Shown: positions 36,415-45,920 of the stretch, in pieces
Layout: each line of letters starts with the position of its first letter
Numbering within the stretch: position 1 is the stretch's first letter
Program-made: the position numbers and the translations under genes
The notes under the pieces: generated by a model
What the model was told of the DNA's origin: nothing
The model's database searches: none
The model's input: the letters and a program-made list of their open reading frames with translations, nothing else
IMG/VR virus record: IMGVR_UViG_3300038443_000757
Coordinates: 20,614 to 84,613 of that record
Source: a virus
Taxonomy: Duplodnaviria > Heunggongvirae > Uroviricota > Caudoviricetes
Length of the DNA stretch: 64,000 nt
Direction: 5' to 3' (one strand)

Positions 36415-37065
36415 ATGGCTAAACGCTACTACAAATTGCAAGAAACGATCTGGATCAAAGAACTTAAGAAAACTGGTGTTGTTCAAAAACTTGACATTCC
36501 TAACCTTCAAGCAGAAGTTACTTATGTTGCAAGCCGCGAAGGTGGCAATACGGTAATTAATCGTCAAACATTCAAATTTGAACAGATTGACAAGCTGAAG
36601 CGTAAAGATGAGGTAGCTAAGACTGATGAGAAACCGCTTACAATTCTCGTTAAATACTTTGATGGGGACTCAGAAGAAATTACGAAAATTCCTAATGGAG
36701 ACTGGATTGATCTTCGTTCTGCTGTGTCAATGGAATATAAAGCAGGAGAATCTATTAAATTACCTCTTGGAGTTGCGATGTCTCTTCCATTCACTTACGA
36801 AGCCCATGTTGCTCCGCGTGGTAGCACATTTAAGAATTACGGAGTTATTCAAACAAACTCTGTTGGTATTGTAGATGAGAGTTATAAAGGGCCAGATGAT
36901 CAATGGTTCTTGCCATTGTACGCATTGCGCGATGGAAAGATTGAGAAAGGTGATCGCGTTTGTCAATTCCGTATTATGAAGAAAATGGAAAAAGTTAACC
37001 TTGTTAGAGTAGAAGAACTGAAGAGTCCTAATAGAAATGGTTATGGCTCTACTGGAACAAAATAA
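36415..37065 (+). CDS. dut: dUTP pyrophosphatase (dUTPase) with N-terminal extension
   Basis: Motif II APRGST, motif [15 protein letters not shown], and C-terminal RNGYGSTG motif V. ORF-track start 36304 trimmed to the ATG after GGAGATG. Confidence 0.7.
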   Translation: MAKRYYKLQETIWIKELKKTGVVQKLDIPNLQAEVTYVASREGGNTVINRQTFKFEQIDKLKRKDEVAKTDEKPLTILVKYFDGDSEEITKIPNGDWIDLRSAVSMEYKAGESIKLPLGVAMSLPFTYEAHVAPRGSTFKNYGVIQTNSVGIVDESYKGPDDQWFLPLYALRDGKIEKGDRVCQFRIMKKMEKVNLVRVEELKSPNRNGYGSTGTK

Positions 37066-37791
37066 ATGAAGGAAATAGAAACAAAGAAAGGATATGTACT
37101 CGTAGATGACCATGTTTATGAGTACATATCTCAATGGAGATGGCAAATAGGTAAAAACGGCTATGCTTGCAGAGACTTTTATGAAAGAGGAAAAAGAAAA
37201 ACAGTAAACTTGCATAGACTTATTTGGGAAAAATTTGTTGGTACAATTTCTGACGGCCTTTATGTAGATCATATTAATAGGGATAGGCTAGATAATACGT
37301 TAGATAATTTAAGACTTGTGACTCCTCATCAAAACAGTCTGAATTCTAGCAAGCAATCAAACAACTTGTCTTCTAAATATAAAGGTGTAACAAAAAATAA
37401 GCAAACTGGTAATTGGGTAGCCTATATAACAAAGCACAAGAAAAGGAATTGTATTGGCTCCTTTACAAATGAAGAAGCCGCCGCCAATGCCTACAACTAT
37501 CATGCAGAAAAAGAATTTGGAGATTTTTCTAGTCTTAATGAAGTTGAAATTGTGATGAGTTACAGTGAGTGGAATAAATTTATGTTACCAAAAAGAGGTT
37601 TAAATAATTACTCTGGCATATCTTTTAGAAAAGATAATGGCAAATGGAGGGTTTTATTGTACGATCTTCAAAAAAATAAAATCAATGTTGGTCATTATAA
37701 CTCTGAAAGAGAAGCATTGATTGCAAGAAATAATTATGTAACAAATCATCTAGAGCTTGCTGATAAATATCCAATTGAAGAGTATGAGTAA
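37066..37791 (+). CDS. HNH homing endonuclease with AP2-type DNA-binding repeats
   Basis: YVDHINRDRLDNTLDNLRLVTPHQN (HNH_3); YKGV...GNWVA and SGISFRKDNGKWRV AP2-like repeats. Confidence 0.8.
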   Translation: MKEIETKKGYVLVDDHVYEYISQWRWQIGKNGYACRDFYERGKRKTVNLHRLIWEKFVGTISDGLYVDHINRDRLDNTLDNLRLVTPHQNSLNSSKQSNNLSSKYKGVTKNKQTGNWVAYITKHKKRNCIGSFTNEEAAANAYNYHAEKEFGDFSSLNEVEIVMSYSEWNKFMLPKRGLNNYSGISFRKDNGKWRVLLYDLQKNKINVGHYNSEREALIARNNYVTNHLELADKYPIEEYE

Positions 37792-37806
37792 ATGTAAGAT
37801 AAAATA

Positions 37807-37842
37807 AGGCTAAGAGGTCATGAACTTCTTAGCCAAACTTTT
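37807..37842 (+). other. stem-loop GGCTAAGA/TCTTAGCC followed by T-run (terminator-like)
   Basis: 8-bp inverted repeat then AAACTTTTTC. Confidence 0.35.
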
Positions 37843-37858
37843 TCTAAGGAGTGATAAT

Positions 37859-38134
37859 ATGGAACTTAAATTTACAGAAAAAGAACTTAAAGATATTATG
37901 TGGAGTGATTCAGATCATGAACTTGTTTATGAGGGCGACTGGGAGGATCAGGGCAAATATCAGATTTCCGAAGTAGTATTTCGTCATGCAGAAGATGGAA
38001 AGTTTTATATGTTCGCACCAGTCAGAACGGGAAATCATTATAGTGGTTATGAGCTAGAGTTTTGGGACACTGACGTATGGGAAGTTGAACAAAAAGAAAT
38101 TGTAGTTACAAAATGGGTTGAAGTAAATGGCTAA
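37859..38134 (+). CDS. hypothetical protein
   Basis: ATG after AAGGAGTGA. Confidence 0.45.
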   Translation: MELKFTEKELKDIMWSDSDHELVYEGDWEDQGKYQISEVVFRHAEDGKFYMFAPVRTGNHYSGYELEFWDTDVWEVEQKEIVVTKWVEVNG

Positions 38135-38306
38135 AATGTGCGAGAACGGATGTCATATTATTTGTGATTTTTGTATTTATTATAAAGATAATTATGAAGA
38201 TAATGAATTTTGTGGAGAAGGAATTTGTACAAAAACAAATACAGAAACAAGCTTCTCAGGAGCATGTGAAGAATTTGAGTGTTTTAATTATAGAAAAGGT
38301 GAGTGA
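38127..38306 (+). CDS. Cys-rich small protein (59 aa)
   Basis: Eight Cys in CxxC-like pairs; not in the ORF track. Confidence 0.35.
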   Translation: MAKMCENGCHIICDFCIYYKDNYEDNEFCGEGICTKTNTETSFSGACEEFECFNYRKGE

Positions 38307-38311
38307 ACAAA

Positions 38312-38974
38312 ATGGCAAATTATAGTTTTATTAAAGACAATGGTATTGTGTTGAACGTAATCAAAGCATCTCCAAACAATATTATCCTTAAAGCAATTAA
38401 CAGCAACGTTCTGTCTACAACTGATTTTGGAATAAATGGTGGATTTTTTTACAATACTGATTTGTTATCCATTGCAGTAAACAACGACGTTCCAGTTAAA
38501 GGGGTAGCTGATGGCTATGGTTCTGGTTGGTTTAATGAAAAATATAAGCGTGGAACACTTGTTTGGGATAAATCTGCAAGCAAATATAGTGTGCAAGTTG
38601 TAAGTTCTGCAAGTGATATTCAAGTTACTAGTCGTATTTCCTATTGGGCACAAGGTGGCATTAGTATGGGGCTTCAAAATGAGTCTGGTTGGTATGATCA
38701 AGCGTCTGCTGAAGGCATGCCAAATATCGACGGCAAAACGACTCGTACAGCGTTGGTTTACAACAGTGGTCTTAACATCTGGCTGGTAGTTACAGAGACG
38801 CCATGTACAGCAGAAGCGTTTAGGAGCGCTATCAAAGGTCAAATTGGTTCGGGAACATTGGTTGACGGCGTATTTCTCGACTCTGGTGGAAGTTCTCAGA
38901 TGAGATGTGCTGAAGTAAGCATTGATGGAGATGGGAGAACTGTTAGGCAAATGATTGCGCTTATTAATAAATAA
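38312..38974 (+). CDS. phosphodiester-glycosidase-like (NAGPA/DUF2233-like) protein
   Basis: NGGFF and LDSGGSS motifs. Confidence 0.4.
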   Translation: MANYSFIKDNGIVLNVIKASPNNIILKAINSNVLSTTDFGINGGFFYNTDLLSIAVNNDVPVKGVADGYGSGWFNEKYKRGTLVWDKSASKYSVQVVSSASDIQVTSRISYWAQGGISMGLQNESGWYDQASAEGMPNIDGKTTRTALVYNSGLNIWLVVTETPCTAEAFRSAIKGQIGSGTLVDGVFLDSGGSSQMRCAEVSIDGDGRTVRQMIALINK

Positions 38975-38986
38975 GGTGGAGATAAA

Positions 38987-39280
38987 ATGGGTGTAGATTG
39001 GTATTCTTGTAGAAATTGTGGAGACACGTTCCCTGACTGTGGCCCACATGAAAGTTGTGAATGTGGAGAACATTGGTGCTGTAGCAGTTGTGCTGAAGAA
39101 GATGGAATAAATTATAAATACGATGAAGAAGATGACTATGAAACAATCAGTTGCAATTATTGTCGCGAAGAAGATTTCGAAGATTATGAACTTCTATATT
39201 TTCTTTTTGAAAAGCATAACACTTCCAGACAAAAAGTAATTGAGCAATATAAGCAATGGAAGGAAGATGACAATGAGTAA
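38987..39280 (+). CDS. Cys-rich acidic zinc-binding protein
   Basis: CRNCGD...CGPHESCECGEHWCCSSC...CNYC motifs. Confidence 0.45.
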   Translation: MGVDWYSCRNCGDTFPDCGPHESCECGEHWCCSSCAEEDGINYKYDEEDDYETISCNYCREEDFEDYELLYFLFEKHNTSRQKVIEQYKQWKEDDNE

Positions 39281-39785
39281 ATTATACGAACTTTCAGAAT
39301 CATTTCGTAAGCTATACGAAATATTTGAAGATGCTCTTGACAATGATGAACTTGATGCTGATTCTGAAGAAATGTTTCTAGATACGCTCGAAAGTCTTGA
39401 AGGTGAAATCAGTTTCAAAGTAGAAAATATCTGTAAATTTATAAAAAATATTGATGGTGACATTAAGGCTCTTAAGGCTGAAGAAGATCGTCTAAGCAAA
39501 AAACGTAAGGCAATGGAAAACAAAGTTGAATCTCTTAAGAAATATATGTCTGATATGCTTATCAATGCCAAAATCAAGGAAGTTAAAGCTGGAAATTTCA
39601 AAGTAAAATTTCAAGCAAGTCCTCCAAGCGTTGAAATTCTTAATCCTGAGCTTATTCCTGCTCAATATCGTGAGCCACAAGAAGATAAAATTCTAAAGTC
39701 TGAAATTATGAAAGAATTGAAAGACAAAAAAGAAGTTGCTGGTGCTAAACTAGTAGATGACAAAGTTCATTTACGCATCACTTAA
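39273..39785 (+). CDS. Gp157-family protein (siphovirus Gp157-like)
   Basis: N-terminal MSKLYELSESFRKLYEIFED, central coiled coil, C-terminal FKVKFQASPPSVEI. Confidence 0.55.
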   Translation: MSKLYELSESFRKLYEIFEDALDNDELDADSEEMFLDTLESLEGEISFKVENICKFIKNIDGDIKALKAEEDRLSKKRKAMENKVESLKKYMSDMLINAKIKEVKAGNFKVKFQASPPSVEILNPELIPAQYREPQEDKILKSEIMKELKDKKEVAGAKLVDDKVHLRIT

Positions 39786-39797
39786 GGAGGCTAAAAC

Positions 39798-40133
39798 ATG
39801 AGTGTAGAACGCAAGGATTATATTGTTCTTGGCACAAACATTAGAGATCACTATGATGCTAACTATGACGAGTGGTGGGAAGATGACGAAATGGTTCTCT
39901 ATCTTGAAGGTTCTTCAGAGGTAGAATTTCAAATTATTCCATCTTGTTATGATAGTAGTTATGCTATTGCTGGCAAAATTCTAGGAGAATATGATTACCA
40001 TGAAGGATTGCCAATGATTAATCTTGCTAATTTTAATTTTGATGCTGAAGACTATTTCAAAGTTGAAAAGTTTTTGCATAAGTTTAGTTTAAATCTAAAG
40101 CCAGAGCTTTTAATTTTCACACATTGGTACTAA
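39798..40133 (+). CDS. hypothetical protein
   Basis: AAGGAGG RBS. Confidence 0.45.
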   Translation: MSVERKDYIVLGTNIRDHYDANYDEWWEDDEMVLYLEGSSEVEFQIIPSCYDSSYAIAGKILGEYDYHEGLPMINLANFNFDAEDYFKVEKFLHKFSLNLKPELLIFTHWY

Positions 40134-40149
40134 TCGTAGGAGGTCAGAT

Positions 40150-40353
40150 ATGAAAGAATATTTTGTTGTAGTAGTAAATGCTCAATTTAACATAAAAACT
40201 TCTGATTATTCTGTAGGTAATTTTGACAATTATCCAACACTTGACCAAATTAAAGATGCCATACTAAGTATTGACGGAACAGGAACTGAACATTCGAAAT
40301 TTAGAGCTAATTATGCAAGAGTTGAAAAACGATATAACTTACAGGAGGAATAA
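40150..40353 (+). CDS. hypothetical protein
   Basis: GTAGGAGG RBS. Confidence 0.4.
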   Translation: MKEYFVVVVNAQFNIKTSDYSVGNFDNYPTLDQIKDAILSIDGTGTEHSKFRANYARVEKRYNLQEE

Positions 40354-40356
40354 AAA

Positions 40357-40614
40357 ATGATAGATAAATCTAATTATGGCAAAGTTGGAGACGCACTTTA
40401 TGTTAAAATGACAGAAAAAACTTTTTCTGATAAAGCAAGCAGAGGATTTCATTTAATTAAAGATATGACCGTCTTTACGCCAGAACAAATTAATTCTGGA
40501 TTTTTTGGAGCTATTGCCACTGGTATTCCTATTTGTATTGACAATAATACTCAGGGTGATTATGAAGTTGTTTGTGAATACGGAATTGAAATTCATGAAT
40601 GGGATGATAAATAA
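40357..40614 (+). CDS. hypothetical protein
   Basis: CAGGAGG RBS. Confidence 0.4.
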   Translation: MIDKSNYGKVGDALYVKMTEKTFSDKASRGFHLIKDMTVFTPEQINSGFFGAIATGIPICIDNNTQGDYEVVCEYGIEIHEWDDK

Positions 40615-40615
40615 A

Positions 40616-40912
40616 ATGAAAAAATACGCTATTTATTATGGTCTTGGTGGAGGATTTGGTGGAGCACGGTTCAGCCATATCGAAAGTTTTTATAATTATG
40701 ACTCTGCAATGGATTACGCTTATGAGTATGCTTTAGAAGAGTATATTAATTACACAGGACTTCATGGACTACGTAGTTATGAAGAGATTATGGAAGAAGA
40801 AGGCGTAGATCAATTCGATGCAGAAGAAATTATGCTTCAAGATGCTGAATCATGGCTTGACTACTATGTAAAAGAAGTATTAGATGATCAAACAGAAGAG
40901 GATTTTGAATAA
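40616..40912 (+). CDS. hypothetical protein
   Basis: ATG straight after the upstream stop; GLGGGFGGARF Gly-rich N-terminus. Confidence 0.4.
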   Translation: MKKYAIYYGLGGGFGGARFSHIESFYNYDSAMDYAYEYALEEYINYTGLHGLRSYEEIMEEEGVDQFDAEEIMLQDAESWLDYYVKEVLDDQTEEDFE

Positions 40913-40924
40913 GGGTGATTAGAG

Positions 40925-41491
40925 ATGGGTAGTATTTATGCCATTGTAAATAAAATAAATGGAAGAATGTATATTGGTAGAACAAAAAAATTTAAATCCA
41001 GATTGGCTCAACATAATCATATGTTGAGCCAAGGAGAGCATGAAAATAGATTGATTAATGAGGATTTACAAAAATACGGAAAAATAAGTTTTGAAATATA
41101 TGAAATAGAAAATGTATCTGATAATAACAAATTATATCAATTAGAAATAGATTATATAAAAAAGCATAATACCTGTGTGTCTGATGGAGGATTTGGTTAT
41201 AACATTTCTTCTGGAGGTGAATTTTCTTCGGGCGGAGTTAAATTATCTGATGAAATAAAAAATGAAATTAGTAAAAAAATGAAGGGTAGAAAATTCTCTA
41301 AAGAACACTCTAGAAAAAAATCTGAAGCACAAATTGGAAGCAGTAATCCTATTGCTAAAAGAGTTAGCGTAAATGGTAAAATATATGAATGTATTAAGTA
41401 TGTCTCTGTTGAATTAAGCTTAAAGCATAATACTGTTATTTACAGGCTCAATTCTAAAAGTGAAAGATTTAAAGATTGGTTTTATTTGTAG
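40925..41491 (+). CDS. GIY-YIG homing endonuclease (freestanding)
   Basis: GSIYAIVNKINGRMYIGRT...RLAQHN GIY-YIG core; C-terminal NUMOD-like DNA-binding region. Confidence 0.8.
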   Translation: MGSIYAIVNKINGRMYIGRTKKFKSRLAQHNHMLSQGEHENRLINEDLQKYGKISFEIYEIENVSDNNKLYQLEIDYIKKHNTCVSDGGFGYNISSGGEFSSGGVKLSDEIKNEISKKMKGRKFSKEHSRKKSEAQIGSSNPIAKRVSVNGKIYECIKYVSVELSLKHNTVIYRLNSKSERFKDWFYL

Positions 41492-41503
41492 GAGGAATAA
41501 TTT

Positions 41504-42325
41504 ATGAATAGCAATGAACAACAATACCTTAATGCTTTGAGAGATATTTTAAATAATGGACTTGATACTGGAGACAGAACTGGCACAGGGATGCGTAGTA
41601 AATTTGGTGTGACAATGACATTTGACTTGTCAGATGGGAGATTTCCATTGTTGACTACTAAGAAAATGTTTACACGTGGAGTGTTTGGAGAGTTGATTTG
41701 GTTTTTATCTGGCTCTACATCCAATACAGAACTTGAAGAGAAGTACAATGTTAAGTTCTGGAGAGAATGGGCAAATGAAGCTGGAATGCTACCAAATATA
41801 TATGGAAAACAATGGGTTAGATGGGAAGATTCAAAAGGAAATATTTTTAATCAAATTAAATATGTGATTAACGAGATTAAAACCAATCCTCATAGCAGAC
41901 GAATTCTATTCACTGGATGGAATGCTCCTGAAATGCAATATGAAGATACTGCATTGCCCTGTTGCCATAGTACAGTTGTACAATTCTATGTGCGTGGTGA
42001 GTATCTTGACATGTATCATTATCAACGCAGTGGAGACTTCTTCTTAGGCGTTCCAGTTAATATTGCCTCATATGCGGCACTGCTTCAAATGATTGCTGAT
42101 CAAACTGGGTACAAGGCTGGAGTTATGACTCATACAGTTGGTGTAGCTCATATTTATCACAATCATATAGATCAAGTCATTGAACAACTATCAAGAGAGC
42201 CCTATGAAGCTCCAAAGTTAATTATAATGAATAAACCTGAGACTATTTTTGAATATGAGGTATCTGATTTCGCGCTGATTGAATACGAACACCATCCACT
42301 TATCAAGGGAGATGTTGCAGTGTGA
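41504..42325 (+). CDS. thyA: thymidylate synthase
   Basis: DRTGTG, LPCCHS..QFYV, QRSGDFFLGVPVNIASYAALL, AHIYHNH. Confidence 0.92.
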   Translation: MNSNEQQYLNALRDILNNGLDTGDRTGTGMRSKFGVTMTFDLSDGRFPLLTTKKMFTRGVFGELIWFLSGSTSNTELEEKYNVKFWREWANEAGMLPNIYGKQWVRWEDSKGNIFNQIKYVINEIKTNPHSRRILFTGWNAPEMQYEDTALPCCHSTVVQFYVRGEYLDMYHYQRSGDFFLGVPVNIASYAALLQMIADQTGYKAGVMTHTVGVAHIYHNHIDQVIEQLSREPYEAPKLIIMNKPETIFEYEVSDFALIEYEHHPLIKGDVAV

Positions 42326-42828
42326 CAATTAATATCATTGTGGCAATGGATAAGAACGGTTTGATTGGAGCGAATAATAAACTACCTTTCCATCTTCCTG
42401 CTGATCTTTCTTATTTCAAGCGTATGACCAGTGACAATGTTGTTATCATGGGCAGAAAGACTTATGAATCTATTGGAAAGCCTTTACCAAATAGAACAAA
42501 CGTTGTATTGACGAGACAGCATATTTATCATGAAGGATATCACTTTATTCATTCCATTGACGATGCTCTTGAAATGGATGCTATATCTTCATATGAGAGA
42601 GATATCTTCATAATTGGCGGAGAGGATATTTACAGACAATTTCTACCCTATGCAGAGAACCTTTTCATTACTGAAATTGATCATGAATTTGAGGGAGATT
42701 CATATTTTCCAAAATTTGACAAAAATGATTGGGATTTGATCGGTCAAAAAAACGGTGTAAAAAATGATGCCAATCCATATAATTATTGTTTCAAAATATA
42801 TACAAGAAGCTTGACAGATGAAAGATAA
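42322..42828 (+). CDS. folA: dihydrofolate reductase
   Basis: INIIVAMDKNGLIGANNKLPFHLPADLSYFKRMT...VIMGRKTYESIG. Confidence 0.88.
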   Translation: MTINIIVAMDKNGLIGANNKLPFHLPADLSYFKRMTSDNVVIMGRKTYESIGKPLPNRTNVVLTRQHIYHEGYHFIHSIDDALEMDAISSYERDIFIIGGEDIYRQFLPYAENLFITEIDHEFEGDSYFPKFDKNDWDLIGQKNGVKNDANPYNYCFKIYTRSLTDER

Positions 42829-42842
42829 AGTAGTATACTATA

Positions 42843-42873
42843 GGTAGCGGTGGAGAACTGCTACCTCTTTTTA
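42843..42873 (+). terminator. rho-independent terminator
   Basis: GGTAGC-ggtggagaact-GCTACC followed by TCTTTTT. Confidence 0.6.
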
Positions 42874-42901
42874 TAACTCAAACAAAAGGGAGATAAAACG
42901 A

Positions 42902-43042
42902 ATGAAGAATCAACTGAATGTAATTGTTACAGATGAATTGATTGATTATTGTGCTGAAAGATTTCTTAAATCTCCATATCAAAATCAAATGACATTTCAA
43001 GCTTATTTCGACAAGATGGTTCAGGAGGAATTGAAATGAAAC
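42902..43042 (+). CDS. small hypothetical protein (46 aa)
   Basis: AAAAGGGAG RBS; ATGA overlap with the next gene. Confidence 0.35.
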
Positions 43043-43461
43043 TCTATCTTGACGATCTTCGTCCATGTCCTGAAGGATTTACAATTGCCAGAACAGTAGA
43101 AGAGGCAATTGATATTTATAAAAAGCATGCATTATCAGAAGAGTCTAAGATTATCTCTCTTGATCATGATCTTGGAGGACTTGACGGAACTTATAAACGT
43201 ACTGGCTATGATTTTTGCAAATGGCTTGTAGAAGAATACTATAATCATTCTGAAGATGGATGGCTTTTTCCTGATATTATTTACTTGCATACAAGCAATC
43301 CTGTCGGCAGAAATAATATGTTTCAATTGTTAGAAAGATATGCTCCAAGTTACACTTTTATTAGCAGAGCACCTATGCCGCACTATGAATCTGATGGTTC
43401 AGTATACAAAGAAGATATTGGTATTGCAAAACTAGAAGAAGACGATGAGTTCTTTAAATAA
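43036..43461 (+). CDS. hypothetical protein with conserved LDHDLG...HTSNPVG motifs (receiver/Rossmann-like fold?)
   Basis: MKLYLDDLRPCP...ISLDHDLG...GYDFCKWL...LHTSNPVGRNNM. Confidence 0.45.
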   Translation: MKLYLDDLRPCPEGFTIARTVEEAIDIYKKHALSEESKIISLDHDLGGLDGTYKRTGYDFCKWLVEEYYNHSEDGWLFPDIIYLHTSNPVGRNNMFQLLERYAPSYTFISRAPMPHYESDGSVYKEDIGIAKLEEDDEFFK

Positions 43462-43506
43462 ATGTAAGATAAAATAAATTAACTAAACAAAAGGAGAATG
43501 CCAAAA

Positions 43507-43779
43507 ATGAAAAAAATCTTTAAGTATAAACTTGTAGCCGATGGTGAGCAATCTATCCTTATGCCTAGACATGCTGAAGTAACATCTGTTATTGAGCAAA
43601 ATGGTGATATTATTGTCTATGCCATTGTTGATGTTAACAATCAGGAAGTTCCTCATAAGTTTTGTGTTCTTGGCACTGGTTGGGATGCTAGTATTATTGC
43701 TGAGAAACGATATGCTTTCCTTCAGACGGTTAAAGTTGGGACATATGTTTGGCATGTGTTTGTTGGTACAAATGTATAA
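43507..43779 (+). CDS. hypothetical protein
   Basis: ATG after AAAGGAGAA. Confidence 0.45.
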   Translation: MKKIFKYKLVADGEQSILMPRHAEVTSVIEQNGDIIVYAIVDVNNQEVPHKFCVLGTGWDASIIAEKRYAFLQTVKVGTYVWHVFVGTNV

Positions 43780-43808
43780 AATAATAACTTTTAAAGAGGT
43801 TGATTACA

Positions 43809-44081
43809 ATGGGGTTGTTTAATATCGACGATTATTCGTCATTGATTTGGGCTAAAGACAAACAAGAGGCTATTGATATCTTTCATGGCCTTTACGATGA
43901 AGTGCTTGGTAAAGTTACGCAAATTCATGAAAATGAAATTGTGTACTTTGTACAAGATGAAAGTACTGGAGACATTGAGTGGAGTATTCAACAAGGAGCA
44001 AAATTTCAGTCACCTAAGCCTAAAGCCTTAACAGTGTCTAAGTTTGAAAATAGAATACTGTCTTCACTTGGCAAGGTGTAA
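43809..44081 (+). CDS. hypothetical protein
   Basis: ATG after AAAGAGG. Confidence 0.45.
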   Translation: MGLFNIDDYSSLIWAKDKQEAIDIFHGLYDEVLGKVTQIHENEIVYFVQDESTGDIEWSIQQGAKFQSPKPKALTVSKFENRILSSLGKV

Positions 44082-44132
44082 ACCTTGCTTTTTTAGCATA
44101 ATTAAAAATACAAATAATGGTAGGTGAGTGTC

Positions 44133-44504
44133 ATGAAAAATATTGAAGTTAAGTTTGCTGTTGGTGACAAAGTAAGAGTTAAAGATTATAAAGGTGTATT
44201 TACAGTTTTTTCTGTAGTTGCTGAAATGACTGGCGATGATATTATTTGTAGTTATACGCTTGTACAAGGAACTAGCTTTATGATTGACATTATGGATGAA
44301 GAAGATATTGAAGGCGTAGATGTCGATGAACTGGATGAACTGCTTGTTGATGACAAGAAGCTATCTAAAAAGGATGTAAATTTCCTACTTGACACTTACA
44401 ATAAATACAAAGACTTGGAAACTCTCTACGCTTCACTTGGTCATAAAACTGAATATTCTGAAAAATGCGAAAAGATTGTGTCGTACTTGAAAACGCATAC
44501 ATGA
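44133..44504 (+). CDS. hypothetical protein (FKVGD-type module)
   Basis: VKFAVGDKVRVKDYKG N-terminus. Confidence 0.45.
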   Translation: MKNIEVKFAVGDKVRVKDYKGVFTVFSVVAEMTGDDIICSYTLVQGTSFMIDIMDEEDIEGVDVDELDELLVDDKKLSKKDVNFLLDTYNKYKDLETLYASLGHKTEYSEKCEKIVSYLKTHT

Positions 44505-44592
44505 AAGGTTGTGATTATCAAATAAGATTATAATTAGTTGTTGCTTTTCGGTCAGTCAACTTAGAAAATACATCATGAAAAGAGGAATTTGT

Positions 44593-45264
44593 ATGTTACA
44601 ACAATTTGAGAATTTTATTAAAATTAAAGATGGTCACAATGTCAATTTTAGAACACAACCTGTAGTTGGTGATAATGTTATTGCTGTTGCTAAAAGTGGA
44701 GAAGTATTCCAAACATTTTCTGTTACTGGAACTTGGTGTGTAGCTAGAAGAGAGTCCACTGGACAGCTTGGTTATATTACTACACTCGAACAATACGTTG
44801 AGCCATTTGAGCCTGAATGGTTGAAGAAGGCTAAAAGACTTATTAATTATGGTGAAAAATATCTTGGAACACCATACGTGTTTAGCTCTAGTAGATCAAA
44901 TGATAATAGCTTCGACTGTTCTGATTTTGTAAAGTGGTGTTATGGCGAAGAGCTTGGAATTACACTTCATTCCGATAGCAGATCGCAATTTGCTAATGAT
45001 GGAGTTGCTATTGGTAATGGTTACGACATCCTGAGAACTGGTGATGTAATTTTCTTTGACACGAATCATGACGGAATCGTTAATCATGTTGGTATTTATG
45101 TTGGAGCTTATAAGATTCTTCATACTTATAATACTACATGCGATATATTTGACAAGAACATGGTTAAGATTAAAGATAATTGCGGTGGAGTAACTTACTC
45201 TGAATATAAAGATGGTACAAGCTGGAGAAAAAATACCGTTGGTGTAAAAAGAATACTGCTGTAA
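44593..45264 (+). CDS. NlpC/P60-family peptidoglycan endopeptidase with N-terminal SH3b-like domain
   Basis: Cys box FDCSDFVKWCYG, His box NHVGIYVG. ATG after AAAAGAGGAA. Confidence 0.7.
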   Translation: MLQQFENFIKIKDGHNVNFRTQPVVGDNVIAVAKSGEVFQTFSVTGTWCVARRESTGQLGYITTLEQYVEPFEPEWLKKAKRLINYGEKYLGTPYVFSSSRSNDNSFDCSDFVKWCYGEELGITLHSDSRSQFANDGVAIGNGYDILRTGDVIFFDTNHDGIVNHVGIYVGAYKILHTYNTTCDIFDKNMVKIKDNCGGVTYSEYKDGTSWRKNTVGVKRILL

Positions 45265-45311
45265 ACATTGGGTCTGCTAGATTAATTTCTAGCAGATTTT
45301 TTATTTTATGC

Positions 45312-45340
45312 TTGACTTACTGGATAATATAGGTTATAAT
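45312..45340 (+). promoter_or_regulatory. class-B promoter (ATGCTTGACTTA; TTGACT-17-TATAAT)
   Basis: Shares the AATGCTTGACTTA -35 context with the 27589 promoter. Confidence 0.5.
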
Positions 45341-45382
45341 TCTATTTGTGGTTAAGAAAACCGGATTAATAGAAAATAATGC

Positions 45383-45411
45383 TTGACTTATTGGTAAATG
45401 TAAGATAAAAT
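45383..45411 (+). promoter_or_regulatory. class-B promoter (AATGCTTGACTTA...TGTAAGA-TAAAAT)
   Basis: TTGACT-17-TAAAAT; contains the 19-mer TAAATGTAAGATAAAATAA. Confidence 0.5.
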
Positions 45412-45441
45412 AAAAACATAACAAACAAGGGAGATGTTGAA

Positions 45442-45891
45442 ATGAATAAGTTTAAAGTTGGAGATATTGTAACTGGACTAACTAATTACGAGTGTCATGG
45501 AGAAGAGAATCCATATGGAATTACTGATCATAAAATGACCAAGGGAAAAGTCATTGATTTAGAAGAAGAAGGCTGTATTAAAATTGAAATTTTAGAGCAT
45601 GAAAGTAGCGCATACGTTGGAAAATATTTTTATGTCCGAGAAAAATACTTTAAACTGGTGAAAGGGGAACCAAGTAAACCAGTAGAAAAAGTAGAAGTCT
45701 CTGCTAATCCATCTGGTGGACGAATTAAAGTTATAGAAGAAGTTGGCAAAACATTCTTGATCATCGACAAGAAATATACTATCTGCCTTGAAGGTAATTT
45801 CTCTATTAGCATCCTGAACAAAGACGAAGATGTATACAATGAAGAAATTGGAAAAGCTCTGGCTTACCTCCGTTTCGAACAAAACAAATAA
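45442..45891 (+). CDS. hypothetical protein, FKVGD-module paralog A
   Basis: MNKFKVGDIVTG N-terminus; GGGAGATGTTGAAATG initiation box. Confidence 0.5.
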   Translation: MNKFKVGDIVTGLTNYECHGEENPYGITDHKMTKGKVIDLEEEGCIKIEILEHESSAYVGKYFYVREKYFKLVKGEPSKPVEKVEVSANPSGGRIKVIEEVGKTFLIIDKKYTICLEGNFSISILNKDEDVYNEEIGKALAYLRFEQNK

Positions 45892-45920
45892 AAGAAGATA
45901 AAACTAAAGGAGAATGTAAA

